A DNA stretch of 64,000 nucleotides from an uncultured archaeon (GTDB lineage Archaea > Halobacteriota > Archaeoglobi > Archaeoglobales > Archaeoglobaceae). Shown here piece by piece: positions 10,356-19,168 of this stretch. Made by a program: the position numbers and the translations under genes. The notes under the pieces are model-generated. The model ran no database searches. It saw only the letters and a program-made list of their open reading frames with translations, and had not been told where the DNA came from. Each line of letters opens with the position of its first letter. The stretch's first letter is position 1. The stretch covers positions 36,951-100,950 of the forward strand of contig CAZZMN010000006.1 in NCBI GenBank assembly GCA_964655455.1, given 5' to 3'.

Positions 10356-10397
10356 TTTTTTATGTGACCTCCCTTAGTTTTTAATTATCTTTAAGAT

Positions 10398-10442
10398 TAC
10401 CGAATTTTAAGTTTTCGGTAAAATTTTCGGTAAATTTAAATA
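10398..10442. promoter_or_regulatory. three copies of a TTCGGTA half-site abutting a TATA box in the sui1/DUF63 divergent region
   Basis: TACCGAA at 10398-10404 is inverted relative to two direct TTTTCGGTAAA copies at 10412-10422 and 10424-10434. These are followed immediately by TTTAAATA (10435-10442), about 26 nt before the ATG at 10465. Confidence 0.35.
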
Positions 10443-10464
10443 GCATTCTTAATTTTTTGAAACA

Positions 10465-11247
10465 ATGGATTTGGGGGATTTCTTAAAAAAATACTTCATA
10501 AATTCCATAATCTATAAGGAAGGATATAATATCGTCAATACACTGACTTTCGCTGTTATTCTCGTCGTAGTAGCGTATCTAATCTACAAGTATCTCAGCA
10601 AAAGGATTGACTTCGACTTAAAGTTTGCTGTTAGCACATTCCCTTATATTCTTTTTGGATCTTCTCTTAGAATTGTTGAAGATGCTGACTTTATCCAGCC
10701 ACCTTTGTCTTATCTTTTAATGACGCCACTGATTTACGTGGTTGTATTTACGATCACAATATCCTCTCTGATTTTTTCGCTTAAATTTTGCCGTAAATGT
10801 TATCCATACATCGGAGTTGCCCTATCGATATCTGTTCTCGGATATCTTTTTCTAAATTTGAATGTAGAAAATTGGTGGGTTTTTCCCGCAGCAATTTCAA
10901 TCTCTTCGATAGTTCTGCTGGTATATCATTACTTTTCCGATAAATTTAGGGCAGATGAATATAGCAAAGCCGTTCTTTTCGCTCAGTTGATGGATGGATC
11001 AACAAGCTTTATAGGAATGCAGTTCTTGGGCTATTGGGAACTTCACGTTATCCCCCGTTATCTTGTTTCAGTAACGGGTGCTTGGGTTATGGTATTGGTC
11101 AAGGTAATCGTTATAGTTCCCGTTCTGTTCGTCCTCGACTCAAGCAAAGAGGATATAAAGTTAATCAGATTTATAAAGTTCGTTCTGTTTACTTTGGGTT
11201 TCGCTCCGGGATTGAGAAACGGATTGAGAATGACCTTTGGGGTGTAA
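10465..11247 (+). CDS. polytopic membrane protein (DUF63-like)
   Basis: 260 aa with multiple hydrophobic helices. The N-terminal YKEGYNIVNTLTFAVIL recalls archaeal DUF63, from memory only. Confidence 0.45.
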   Translation: MDLGDFLKKYFINSIIYKEGYNIVNTLTFAVILVVVAYLIYKYLSKRIDFDLKFAVSTFPYILFGSSLRIVEDADFIQPPLSYLLMTPLIYVVVFTITISSLIFSLKFCRKCYPYIGVALSISVLGYLFLNLNVENWWVFPAAISISSIVLLVYHYFSDKFRADEYSKAVLFAQLMDGSTSFIGMQFLGYWELHVIPRYLVSVTGAWVMVLVKVIVIVPVLFVLDSSKEDIKLIRFIKFVLFTLGFAPGLRNGLRMTFGV

Positions 11248-11250
11248 GGG

Positions 11251-11787
11251 ATGAAAGGCTTGACAACAATTACGGTGGTATTCATCCTCTCGCTCTTTTT
11301 GGGATATCTGTTCGGATCGACTTACGAGCAACAGGCGAACGATTTAATAAACGAAGTTTTCTCAAGCTTTAGGTTTGTTAAGGAATGGGAAAGCTACAAG
11401 GTTTTTCTATTCATCTTAATCAATAACGCTACAAAAGTGTTCATGGCTATGATCCTTGGAATACTTTTCGGAATCGTGCCTGTCTTCTTTGTTTTACTAA
11501 ATGGATTTCTTATAGGATGCGTGGTCTCGGTTCTTGGCAAGAAAATGGGGATCTGGGTTATTTTGGCGTTGCTCCCGCATGGAATTCTTGAGATTCCGGC
11601 AGTTCTTCTAGGCTGTGCTTACGGCTTTGAATTGGGTATTCTATTTTACAGAAAAATCCGTAAGTCTTACTCTGATCTAAACTACGCAATTCTCAGCAAT
11701 ATGAAAAAATTTTTGAAAATTCCACTTCCCCTGTTGATTGTCGCGGCATTTGTAGAGACCTACATCACCCCGCTTTTTGTTCCGTAA
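11251..11787 (+). CDS. SpoIIM-like (DUF95) membrane protein
   Basis: 178 aa with 4-5 TM helices and the LPHGILEIPA motif characteristic of the stage II sporulation protein M family. Confidence 0.6.
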   Translation: MKGLTTITVVFILSLFLGYLFGSTYEQQANDLINEVFSSFRFVKEWESYKVFLFILINNATKVFMAMILGILFGIVPVFFVLLNGFLIGCVVSVLGKKMGIWVILALLPHGILEIPAVLLGCAYGFELGILFYRKIRKSYSDLNYAILSNMKKFLKIPLPLLIVAAFVETYITPLFVP

Positions 11788-11820
11788 ACAATAAAAGAGA
11801 TAACTAAGATATTAGAAGAA

Positions 11821-12597
11821 ATGCTTGAAAAAAAGCTACAAAACCTTAAGGAATTCGTAAAAGATAAGGGTAAAAACGGTGCCTTAATTGCCTTCTCAGG
11901 AGGACTCGACAGCACAACTCTTGCGGTAATCTGCAAAGATTTAATTGATGTGAAACTCGCCACTATTGTTTCAGATATCTTTCCCGCATCGGAAATTGAA
12001 GAAGCCTCGAAAATTGCAAAAAAACTCGGACTGGAGCACATCAAAATCGAATTGGATTTGCTTTCAGATGAAAACTTCATCAGAAATCCTGTGGATAGGT
12101 GCTATTACTGTAAGAAAATGATGATCAAACGGTTAAAGGAATTCAATCGCGTGATATTCGAGGGAACAAATGTAAGCGATTTAAAAAAGCACAGACCGGG
12201 ATACAAAGCACTGCTTGAGGAGGAAAACGTCTACAGCCCATGGGTTGAGGCTAAGATCACAAAGGATGAGATAATTCAGATAGCGAAGTCGTTGGGATTG
12301 CCAATAAAGTCACCCTCCCCATGTCTTGCCACAAGAATTCCGTTCAACGAAAGGATAACGCGGGAAAAGCTCAAGAGAATAGAAAAAGCAGAAAACATAA
12401 TCAAAGATATTTCGGGTGTTAAGATCCTCAGGGTTAGAGATCACGGAGATTTGGCGAGAATAGAGGTGGGAAAAGAAGAAAGAAAATTACTATGCGATAC
12501 AAAGATCATGGACGAGATATTAAGGGAACTAAAGGCTCTCGGATACAAGTACGTCACTTTGGATCTGGAAGGATACAGAGAGGGAAGCCTGCTATGA
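11821..12597 (+). CDS. LarE-type PP-loop ATP-dependent sulfur transferase family protein (TIGR00268-like)
   Basis: PP-loop AFSGGLDST, plus CYYCK, PSPCLATRIP and RVRDHGDLARIEV, as in the LarE family. Three Cys fit the Fe-S-dependent subtype. The stop overlaps the nifB-like start (ATGA). Confidence 0.75.
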   Translation: MLEKKLQNLKEFVKDKGKNGALIAFSGGLDSTTLAVICKDLIDVKLATIVSDIFPASEIEEASKIAKKLGLEHIKIELDLLSDENFIRNPVDRCYYCKKMMIKRLKEFNRVIFEGTNVSDLKKHRPGYKALLEEENVYSPWVEAKITKDEIIQIAKSLGLPIKSPSPCLATRIPFNERITREKLKRIEKAENIIKDISGVKILRVRDHGDLARIEVGKEERKLLCDTKIMDEILRELKALGYKYVTLDLEGYREGSLL

Positions 12598-13382
12598 TCG
12601 AGTATCATCCATGTTTTACAAAAAACGATTTTGGAAGGCTACACCTTCCGGTGGCACCAAAGTGCAATATCAGGTGCAATTACTGTTCGAGGGGCATTAC
12701 AGAAGATCACAGACCGGGAGCCTATGATTTTGTTCTGAAGCCGAAAGATGCTGTTAACGTTGCGAAAATTGTTCTAAAGACACGAAGTGATATAAAAGTA
12801 GTAGGCATAGCTGGACCGGGTGAGCCGCTCTACAATAGGGAGACTTTTGAAACCCTTTTATTACTGCCGGATAACGTGATCAAGTGCTTATGCACGAACG
12901 GATTGTTGCTACCGCGCTACATCCAGGATCTCAGAGATCTCGGTTTAAGATTTTTGACAATCACAATCAATTCAATCGATGCCGATGTAGCCGCCAAAAT
13001 CTACGAGTTCGTGGAGTTCGAAGGAAAAAGATTCGAGGGAGTTGATGCTGCTGAACTCCTCGTTAACAACCAGTTTAGGGGTCTTAAGCTTGCGTCAAGA
13101 TTTACTTTTGTAAAGGTTAATACTGTTCTGATACCGGGAGTAAACGAGGAGCACATAGTCGAAATAGCCAAAAAAATAAGACATTATGCTGTGGTTCAAA
13201 ATATAATCCCCTTGATCCCCTGTTACAGATTTTCGAGAATCAAACAACCAAGCGTTGAATTACTTAGAGAAGTTAGGGAGAGATGTGCCAAATACATCCC
13301 ACAGATTTACCACTGTGCAACGTGCAGAGCAGACTCCGTTGGAAAAATATGTGAAAGAAAGAAGCTATCTCAGTTCCTTTAA
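12594..13382 (+). CDS. nifB: NifB-type radical SAM protein (no NifX domain)
   Basis: [43 protein letters not shown] and C-terminal [11 protein letters not shown] together make the NifB signature set. The ATG at 12594 is preferred over the long upstream ORF start at 12492. Confidence 0.85.
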   Translation: MIEYHPCFTKNDFGRLHLPVAPKCNIRCNYCSRGITEDHRPGAYDFVLKPKDAVNVAKIVLKTRSDIKVVGIAGPGEPLYNRETFETLLLLPDNVIKCLCTNGLLLPRYIQDLRDLGLRFLTITINSIDADVAAKIYEFVEFEGKRFEGVDAAELLVNNQFRGLKLASRFTFVKVNTVLIPGVNEEHIVEIAKKIRHYAVVQNIIPLIPCYRFSRIKQPSVELLREVRERCAKYIPQIYHCATCRADSVGKICERKKLSQFL

Positions 13383-14144
13383 TTCATTTAATGTCAAAAC
13401 CCTTGGTATTTCAAGATCTCTGTTTTTCCATATATTCTCGGCAAGTTTTCTAAAAATTTTGGCGGTCTCGCTTTTGGGGAAAAATTCTATAACAGTCTTG
13501 CCATTCAATTCGCTCAGGTGAACGTCTCTGCTCCTCGGTATAAAGCCAATGAGCTTGCTTCCAATCCTTTTGGCGAACTCTTCGACTATCTCTCTTTCTC
13601 TTTCAACTTCCCTTGAATTGCAGATTATTCCGCCCAATCTTGCTCCCACCCGCTTTATAGCTTTGCAAATGTTGTTTGCGGCAAATAGAGATAGATACTC
13701 GCCCGAAGTGACTATATACACTTCTCTAGCAAATCCCCGACGCATTGGGACTGCAAATCCTCCACAAACAACATCTCCCGGAACATCGTAGATAATCATG
13801 TCGAGCTTCAAATCGAAAACACCTAACTCCTCTAAGGTTCTAAAAGCTAAGAGCAAGCCTCTACCGGCACATCCGATACCTGGTTCCGGGCCACCTATTT
13901 CAACACAGAGAACGCCGTTAAATCCTTCGTGAACTACTTCTTCGAACTTGACATTCTCTTCTTCCATGATTACCTCTAAGAGGGGTTTTAATTGTCTCTT
14001 AACGAGATTTATTGTTGAGTCTCTTTTTGGATCACATCCAATCAACAAAACTTTTTTCCCCATTTCCGAGAGTGCCGCAGCTACATTTGATGCGATTGTC
14101 GATTTGCCTATCCCTCCCTTTCCGTATATCGCTATTTGCCTGAT
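13365..14144 (-). CDS. nflH: NifH-like Fe protein (nitrogenase-like, Nfl type); start codon anomalous
   Basis: GIGCAGRG and [16 protein letters not shown] supply the two 4Fe-4S Cys. The P-loop [15 protein letters not shown] is in frame upstream of the first ATG (14063). There is no ATG/GTG/TTG between the in-frame TGA (14168-14166) and that ATG. ATC at 14144 sits exactly where the Met of [11 protein letters not shown] is expected. Confidence 0.75.
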   Translation of the reverse strand: MRQIAIYGKGGIGKSTIASNVAAALSEMGKKVLLIGCDPKRDSTINLVKRQLKPLLEVIMEEENVKFEEVVHEGFNGVLCVEIGGPEPGIGCAGRGLLLAFRTLEELGVFDLKLDMIIYDVPGDVVCGGFAVPMRRGFAREVYIVTSGEYLSLFAANNICKAIKRVGARLGGIICNSREVEREREIVEEFAKRIGSKLIGFIPRSRDVHLSELNGKTVIEFFPKSETAKIFRKLAENIWKNRDLEIPRVLTLNELKELR

Positions 14145-15322
14145 GGTATCACCCTTGCGATTTTTTCAGCAAGATTTACCGCTCCCTTGTAACACATTGT
14201 GAGCTGGTCTGAATGCATAACGTCACATATCGGGACTCCAAGTTCCAAACTGAAGGATTTTTCATACATTCCTCCGATGATTAGATCGGGTTTCAGATCT
14301 CTTACTGCGTTCAGAACTTCGCTATATTCCGGTTCCTTTAGGATTATGGGGCTTAATCCGAGCTCTTTAGAAGCTTTATTTAGCCTTTTGAGGGTTTCCT
14401 CACCGAGCCGATCTATAGAAACGAGAACCGGTATCATTCCGAGTTCATCAACAAACCTCAGTAGGGGTACTGCTCTGCTCGCGCCGCTGATTATGCAGAC
14501 CCTTTTTCCCTCTAATTTTTTTCTGAATTCTTTAATTTTTTCTTTTGCTGTTCTTTCTTTTTCTTTTAGATTACTTGGGTTTATCCTAAAGAATTCTGAA
14601 ATGCTCTCGAAGAACTCCGTCGTGCATGAGATTCCGATGGGTAAGGGAGGGACAATATACGGCTGATCGAATCTTTTTTCCATAAATCTTGCAGCATCCA
14701 AACCGCTTGCCTCGCACATTACTACATTCAGCATGGCTTTAGATGCTCTTTTTATCTCATATAGCTTTGTTTTTGCAGTTAGAATCGAATTCACATTTAT
14801 TCCCATCTCGGATAAGATTCCGAGTGTTTCCTTTAAATCCAAACCGTATCTGTAAACGGCTAAGAGATTCACACATCTATCTTCCTTTTCATTATCTTCA
14901 ACGAGCTCTAGAACCTTCTTTAATGCCTCTCTGTATCCATCGATCTGATCACCCTCAAATCCGCCTGAGTGGATTGCTATAAGTTCCGCATTCACGTTAT
15001 CTCTCATTTTCCTAACAATTAAGTCCACATCCTCTCCGATTATGCTACTCGCGCATGCTGTTAAAACTGCTATTAGGTTTGGAGAAATCCTTTCGTCAAT
15101 ATCTTTTATTGCTTTTTTCAGCTTTGCTTCTCCGCCGAATATTACTTCCCTTTCACCCATATTTGTTGTGAATATTCTTCTAACTTTTGCACCTCTGGCA
15201 GTTAACAGATATCTGAGATTGTAGGCACATCCGATCGGACTGTGTATTAAAGCGATGGCATCTGATATTCCTAAGATTACTCTTACCGCACCAAAGAGTT
15301 TACAGGTTTTGTAAGGTTCCAC
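14132..15322 (-). CDS. nflD: NifD/NifE-like nitrogenase component-1 family protein (single subunit)
   Basis: 396 aa with [23 protein letters not shown]...[27 protein letters not shown] and KPDLIIGG...DVMHSDQ. These align by eye along the whole of A. vinelandii NifD. Confidence 0.8.
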   Translation of the reverse strand: MEPYKTCKLFGAVRVILGISDAIALIHSPIGCAYNLRYLLTARGAKVRRIFTTNMGEREVIFGGEAKLKKAIKDIDERISPNLIAVLTACASSIIGEDVDLIVRKMRDNVNAELIAIHSGGFEGDQIDGYREALKKVLELVEDNEKEDRCVNLLAVYRYGLDLKETLGILSEMGINVNSILTAKTKLYEIKRASKAMLNVVMCEASGLDAARFMEKRFDQPYIVPPLPIGISCTTEFFESISEFFRINPSNLKEKERTAKEKIKEFRKKLEGKRVCIISGASRAVPLLRFVDELGMIPVLVSIDRLGEETLKRLNKASKELGLSPIILKEPEYSEVLNAVRDLKPDLIIGGMYEKSFSLELGVPICDVMHSDQLTMCYKGAVNLAEKIARVIPSGK

Positions 15323-15397
15323 ACATCATAATTGGAATCACAAATCATAATCCTTTCTAATTCGTTAAATGTCGATTCAACATTCGTCGAATGAATA

Positions 15398-15407
15398 TTT
15401 TTAAATA
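15398..15407 (+). promoter_or_regulatory. TATA-box-like element for the fabH-like gene (probably leaderless)
   Basis: TTTTTAAATA is centred about 26 nt upstream of the ATG at 15429, with no Shine-Dalgarno motif in between. Confidence 0.4.
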
Positions 15408-15428
15408 TTTTAATGTGCAAAATCTAAT

Positions 15429-16391
15429 ATGCTCATTTCTACGGGATCGTATCTTCCCGACAGGATTGTCCCCAACTCTTATTTTGAGGACATTCTTGAG
15501 ACGAGTGATAAATGGATACAAGAGAAACTTGGAATCAAATTTAGGAGATTCCTGAGAGAAGACCAGACTACATCGGATCTCGCTGCATTAGCTGCTTTGA
15601 ACTGTCTTAGCAAAACCGATACAAAACCTTCTGATGTTGATATGATCGTGCTAGCTACAACAACTCCAGACATGATCGCTCCATCCACGGCATGTATAAC
15701 GCAAGCAAAATTGGGCGCAAAAAACGCCTGCGCTTTTGATGTCATGAATTTTTGTTCTGGATTCAATTACGCCTTCGCCATTGCAACTCGGTTGATTGGA
15801 TTCGAGGCTAAAAATGCTCTTGTCATAGGTGCGGAAGCTTACTCAAGATTTTTAGATTTCTCTGATCGAAAAACATGCGTAATTTTTGGAGATGGAGCTG
15901 GAGCGGTTTTTTTAAAAAAGAGGAAAGCTAACGGGTTTTTCTTTCATTATCTTAAAAGTGACGGGAACGGATGGAATATACTTCAAATTCCCGGCGGTGG
16001 TGCTAAATACCCTGCAAGTTACGAAACAATCTGCAAAAAAATGCACGTATTCAAAATGGACGGTAAAGGTGTATGGGAGTTCGCCACAAAAATTATACCA
16101 AAAGAGATTTTAAAAGCTTTTAAACTTGCGAAGGTTGATCTAAAAGATTGTGATTTTTACATATTCCACCAAGCAAATCTGAGGATTATCAGAGAAATCA
16201 TGAAAGTTCTTAAAATTCCCGAATATAAAACACACACAACGATAGAGAAGTATGGGAACACCGCATGCGCGTCAATTCCTATTACGCTGAATGATGCAAT
16301 AGAAAAAGGGATGATTAAAAAAGGTGATTTGGTAGCATTAGTTGGTTTCGGCGGTGGACTTGCGTGGGGGATAAATATTTTCGAATATTAA
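15429..16391 (+). CDS. fabH: bacterial-type 3-oxoacyl-ACP synthase III (FabH/KAS III family)
   Basis: The Cys-His-Asn triad is in canonical contexts: AFDVMNFCSGFNYA, FHQANLRII and YGNTACASIP, plus C-terminal GFGGGLAWG. Confidence 0.8.
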   Translation: MLISTGSYLPDRIVPNSYFEDILETSDKWIQEKLGIKFRRFLREDQTTSDLAALAALNCLSKTDTKPSDVDMIVLATTTPDMIAPSTACITQAKLGAKNACAFDVMNFCSGFNYAFAIATRLIGFEAKNALVIGAEAYSRFLDFSDRKTCVIFGDGAGAVFLKKRKANGFFFHYLKSDGNGWNILQIPGGGAKYPASYETICKKMHVFKMDGKGVWEFATKIIPKEILKAFKLAKVDLKDCDFYIFHQANLRIIREIMKVLKIPEYKTHTTIEKYGNTACASIPITLNDAIEKGMIKKGDLVALVGFGGGLAWGINIFEY

Positions 16392-16626
16392 TCCAGAAAC
16401 TCAAAGGCTCCGAGTTCATAGCACAGTCTTTATCGCTCCAATCTCTGTAGGCGTTTTGGAGTGTCTGCTCTTCTGGATTGTATGATGAATGTTTCGTAGG
16501 CGATTGTTCTGAAAATAATCCCTCTAATAGCGAGATAATGGGAATTGAAGATGTCAAATGACAACTTTATGATACCCAGTCCAGAGTGCTTCACTCAAGT
16601 CAGAAATCGCGGAGTGTAAGGAAAGG

Positions 16627-16636
16627 TTTTAAATAA
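16627..16636 (+). promoter_or_regulatory. TATA-box-like element
   Basis: TTTTAAATAA is centred about 26 nt upstream of the ATG at 16657. Confidence 0.4.
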
Positions 16637-16656
16637 ACGAAAGCCTATCACGAAAT

Positions 16657-16926
16657 ATGGACGAACTCGAAGAAATTATCGAAATAGAATTCGATGAAGA
16701 TGAATTTGATATAGAAGATGATGTCAGGTTAACCGAGATTTACAAGCTAACAATCAAGCTCATAGAACATTTAGATAGATTGAAAAGCCAAGAACTAAAA
16801 GAAGCTGCTTCCCTTATGATAATTAAGGAGATAATATCAGACGACCGTGTCTTAATGGGTCTAGCCACTAAAATGCTTCAAGACTTATCATACGGTTTCG
16901 ATGGGGATCCAACATATTCGTCTTAG
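16657..16926 (+). CDS. small acidic hypothetical protein
   Basis: 89-aa ORF with its own TATA-like element and a very acidic N-terminus (DELEEIIEIEFDEDEFDIEDD). No family was recognised. Confidence 0.4.
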   Translation: MDELEEIIEIEFDEDEFDIEDDVRLTEIYKLTIKLIEHLDRLKSQELKEAASLMIIKEIISDDRVLMGLATKMLQDLSYGFDGDPTYSS

Positions 16927-16988
16927 TTATGGCCTTTACTAGATATGTCAAGGATAAACTATTTTAACTAATTTGTATAAGTACTTAT

Positions 16989-17945
16989 GTGGAGTCGAGA
17001 AAACTTCAACTGATTGGTGGATCGAGCTACATGATTAGTCTGCCGAAAAATTGGGTAAGGAAAAATGAGCTAGATCAGGGAGATGAAATTCTTCTGGATA
17101 TTAGTGACGAAGTAATAAAGATAATCCCGAAGAAGCTCACAGAAAAACATCGAATTGTTAGAGCTGTTGTCGACAACATCCCCAAATATGACGAGAGCTT
17201 TTTTAGAAGATTCATAATAGCTTTATACATTCAGGGTTTAGACGAAATAATCTTACAGGATAAGCTGCTATCTCCAAAGATCGTGGAGATTATCAGCAGC
17301 ATCGCCCGCGAAATAATCGGGATGGAGGTTATCGACGCAAGCGATGGAAAAGTGGTTTTAAGAAGCTTAACCACCGCTGAATTTGATGTAGAGGGTGTTC
17401 TTCGGAGAATGTCCCAAATAATCTCCGGAATGATGAATTCAATAGTCGATTACATAAGAATAAATGACAAAAACAGTCTCAAAGAGATACCAAAACACGA
17501 AGAAGATATCGACAGACTCTACTTCTTAGCAGTTAGGCTCGAAAATAGAAGGATTCGAGATTTAATGTCCCCATCAAAATGGAGCGAAATGAGACATATA
17601 CTGGGGATGAGAATTACGGCAAAAATTCTTGAAGAGCTTGCCGATGCCCTTATAGATTTTTCAGAGAACCTCTATTCTCACGAGAATTACAATGCAGATG
17701 AATACGCAGGGACACTCTCCTTAGTGAACAATGTGTTCAATAAAGTAATGGTTGCTTATCTGAATTCAGATTTAGTGAAGGCAAACGAAGCAATAGACAT
17801 GGTTGATGAGCTCGAAAACAAGTTGTTGTCAAAGCTTGAAGAAAAAGATGCCTCACTAATTTATCCACTCGTTGATATATGCAGAAGAATTAAGGGGATT
17901 GGTGAAATAGCCATAAACAGGTCAGTTAGAGAGATGATAACTTAA
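16989..17945 (+). CDS. AbrB/SpoVT-domain + PhoU-domain regulator (archaeal PhoU homologue)
   Basis: GTG start. The N-terminal LIGGSSYMISLPKNWVRKNELDQGDEI is an AbrB-like swapped hairpin. Two PhoU-like helical repeats follow. Confidence 0.7.
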   Translation: MESRKLQLIGGSSYMISLPKNWVRKNELDQGDEILLDISDEVIKIIPKKLTEKHRIVRAVVDNIPKYDESFFRRFIIALYIQGLDEIILQDKLLSPKIVEIISSIAREIIGMEVIDASDGKVVLRSLTTAEFDVEGVLRRMSQIISGMMNSIVDYIRINDKNSLKEIPKHEEDIDRLYFLAVRLENRRIRDLMSPSKWSEMRHILGMRITAKILEELADALIDFSENLYSHENYNADEYAGTLSLVNNVFNKVMVAYLNSDLVKANEAIDMVDELENKLLSKLEEKDASLIYPLVDICRRIKGIGEIAINRSVREMIT

Positions 17946-19157
17946 CTTTTTTATCTTTTCATAAAGCTTGGGCAGGAAAAGTCCAACATCCGTTACGATG
18001 CCGATTGCCTGATGGGATCCTCTGTCAACGAGTTTTGTCACGACGGATGGATTAGTATCTACACATATTGTTTTGACTGTAGATGGGAGCAGATTTCCCA
18101 CCGCTATGCTGTGTAGCATTGTCGCAAGCATTATCACCATATCTATGCCTTTTAAAGCTTTTTTCATCTCTTTCTTTGCTTCCATTGTATCTGTTATTAC
18201 TTCCGGAAGGGGCCCGTCATCTCTTATCGAACCTGCAAGGATAAATGGAATGTTGTTCCTTACGCATTCAAACATTATTCCGTTCTTTATGAGACCAGAT
18301 TCAACGGCTTTTTTAATGCCACCAGCGGCAATCACCTTGCTTATTGTATGGATATGATGTCGGTTTCCACCAGGAACGGGTCTACCAGTTTTTATATCCA
18401 TTCCTAAAGATGTACCAAACAATGCAATTTCGATATCGTGAACAGCTAATGCGTTCCCTGAGAGAAGGAGATCAACAAACCCATCTCTTATTAACCCGGC
18501 AAGGGCATCTCTTGCACCTGTATGGTTAACGGCTGGTCCCGCTACAACGGCTATTTTGCCACCTCTTCTTTTCAAGTCTACGATCTCTCTTGCAATCGCT
18601 TCTATGACGTTTTCAGTCGGTCTTTCGGTAGATATAGTCCCTCCCATGAACTCAAAGGTCGTTGATTTTCGCGGTCTTTCCGGCGGTATGACTCGGACAC
18701 CCTTTTCTCCAACAACTATCAGATCTCCCTTTTTCACTTCATTTAGGAATTTGCAGAACGCTCTTTTCTCCTTTGGATCCACCACGATGACTCTGTCCAT
18801 GCTGATATCTTCGACCATTATCCATTCTCCGTTGAGTCTGATAAACGTTGGATTATTTGTCGTCACGTAGAAATTTTCAGGCAAAACTCTATCCGCTGGA
18901 GCCTCTCTTAATTCAACATCTTCCACATACGGGATACGGGCGCCAAGCTTGTGGAGCTCCTTCAGAATCTTGTCTAAATGAGCCTCATCCTTTCCGAAAA
19001 CGATCATTCTGGCGTAGCTTGTGTCTTCTTTCCTTTTTCCAATTCTGAATTCGGTTATCTCAAACTCACCCTCAAGATCGAGGATTAGGTCCAAAACTTT
19101 CGGAAGGATGTTCGAATCGATGAGATGACCTTCGAATTCTACTTCTCTTGCGATCAT
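17922..19157 (-). CDS. TIGR00300 / LOR-SDH N-terminal domain family protein (archaeal ornithine cyclodeaminase-type annotation)
   Basis: 411 aa. The N-terminus EFEGHLIDSNILPKVLDLILD and a Rossmann-like region AVVAGPAVNHTGA match the family from memory only. Confidence 0.5.
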   Translation of the reverse strand: MIAREVEFEGHLIDSNILPKVLDLILDLEGEFEITEFRIGKRKEDTSYARMIVFGKDEAHLDKILKELHKLGARIPYVEDVELREAPADRVLPENFYVTTNNPTFIRLNGEWIMVEDISMDRVIVVDPKEKRAFCKFLNEVKKGDLIVVGEKGVRVIPPERPRKSTTFEFMGGTISTERPTENVIEAIAREIVDLKRRGGKIAVVAGPAVNHTGARDALAGLIRDGFVDLLLSGNALAVHDIEIALFGTSLGMDIKTGRPVPGGNRHHIHTISKVIAAGGIKKAVESGLIKNGIMFECVRNNIPFILAGSIRDDGPLPEVITDTMEAKKEMKKALKGIDMVIMLATMLHSIAVGNLLPSTVKTICVDTNPSVVTKLVDRGSHQAIGIVTDVGLFLPKLYEKIKKLSYHLSN

Positions 19158-19168
19158 AGATTGAGGTA

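Noticed and set aside
12492-12593. Upstream extension of the NifB-like ORF (track start 12492).
   Set aside because: The extension lies entirely inside the LarE-like gene in another frame and encodes a Gly/Arg-rich non-homologous peptide. The ATG at 12594 gives the canonical NifB N-terminus and an ATGA stop-start junction.
16470-16560. Possible C/D box sRNA in the 265-nt spacer after fabH: ATGATGA, then CTGA 20 nt later.
   Set aside because: The C-to-D' spacing is about 20 nt rather than the ~12 nt typical of archaeal C/D sRNAs. There is no convincing C' box or terminal D box, and no terminal stem.
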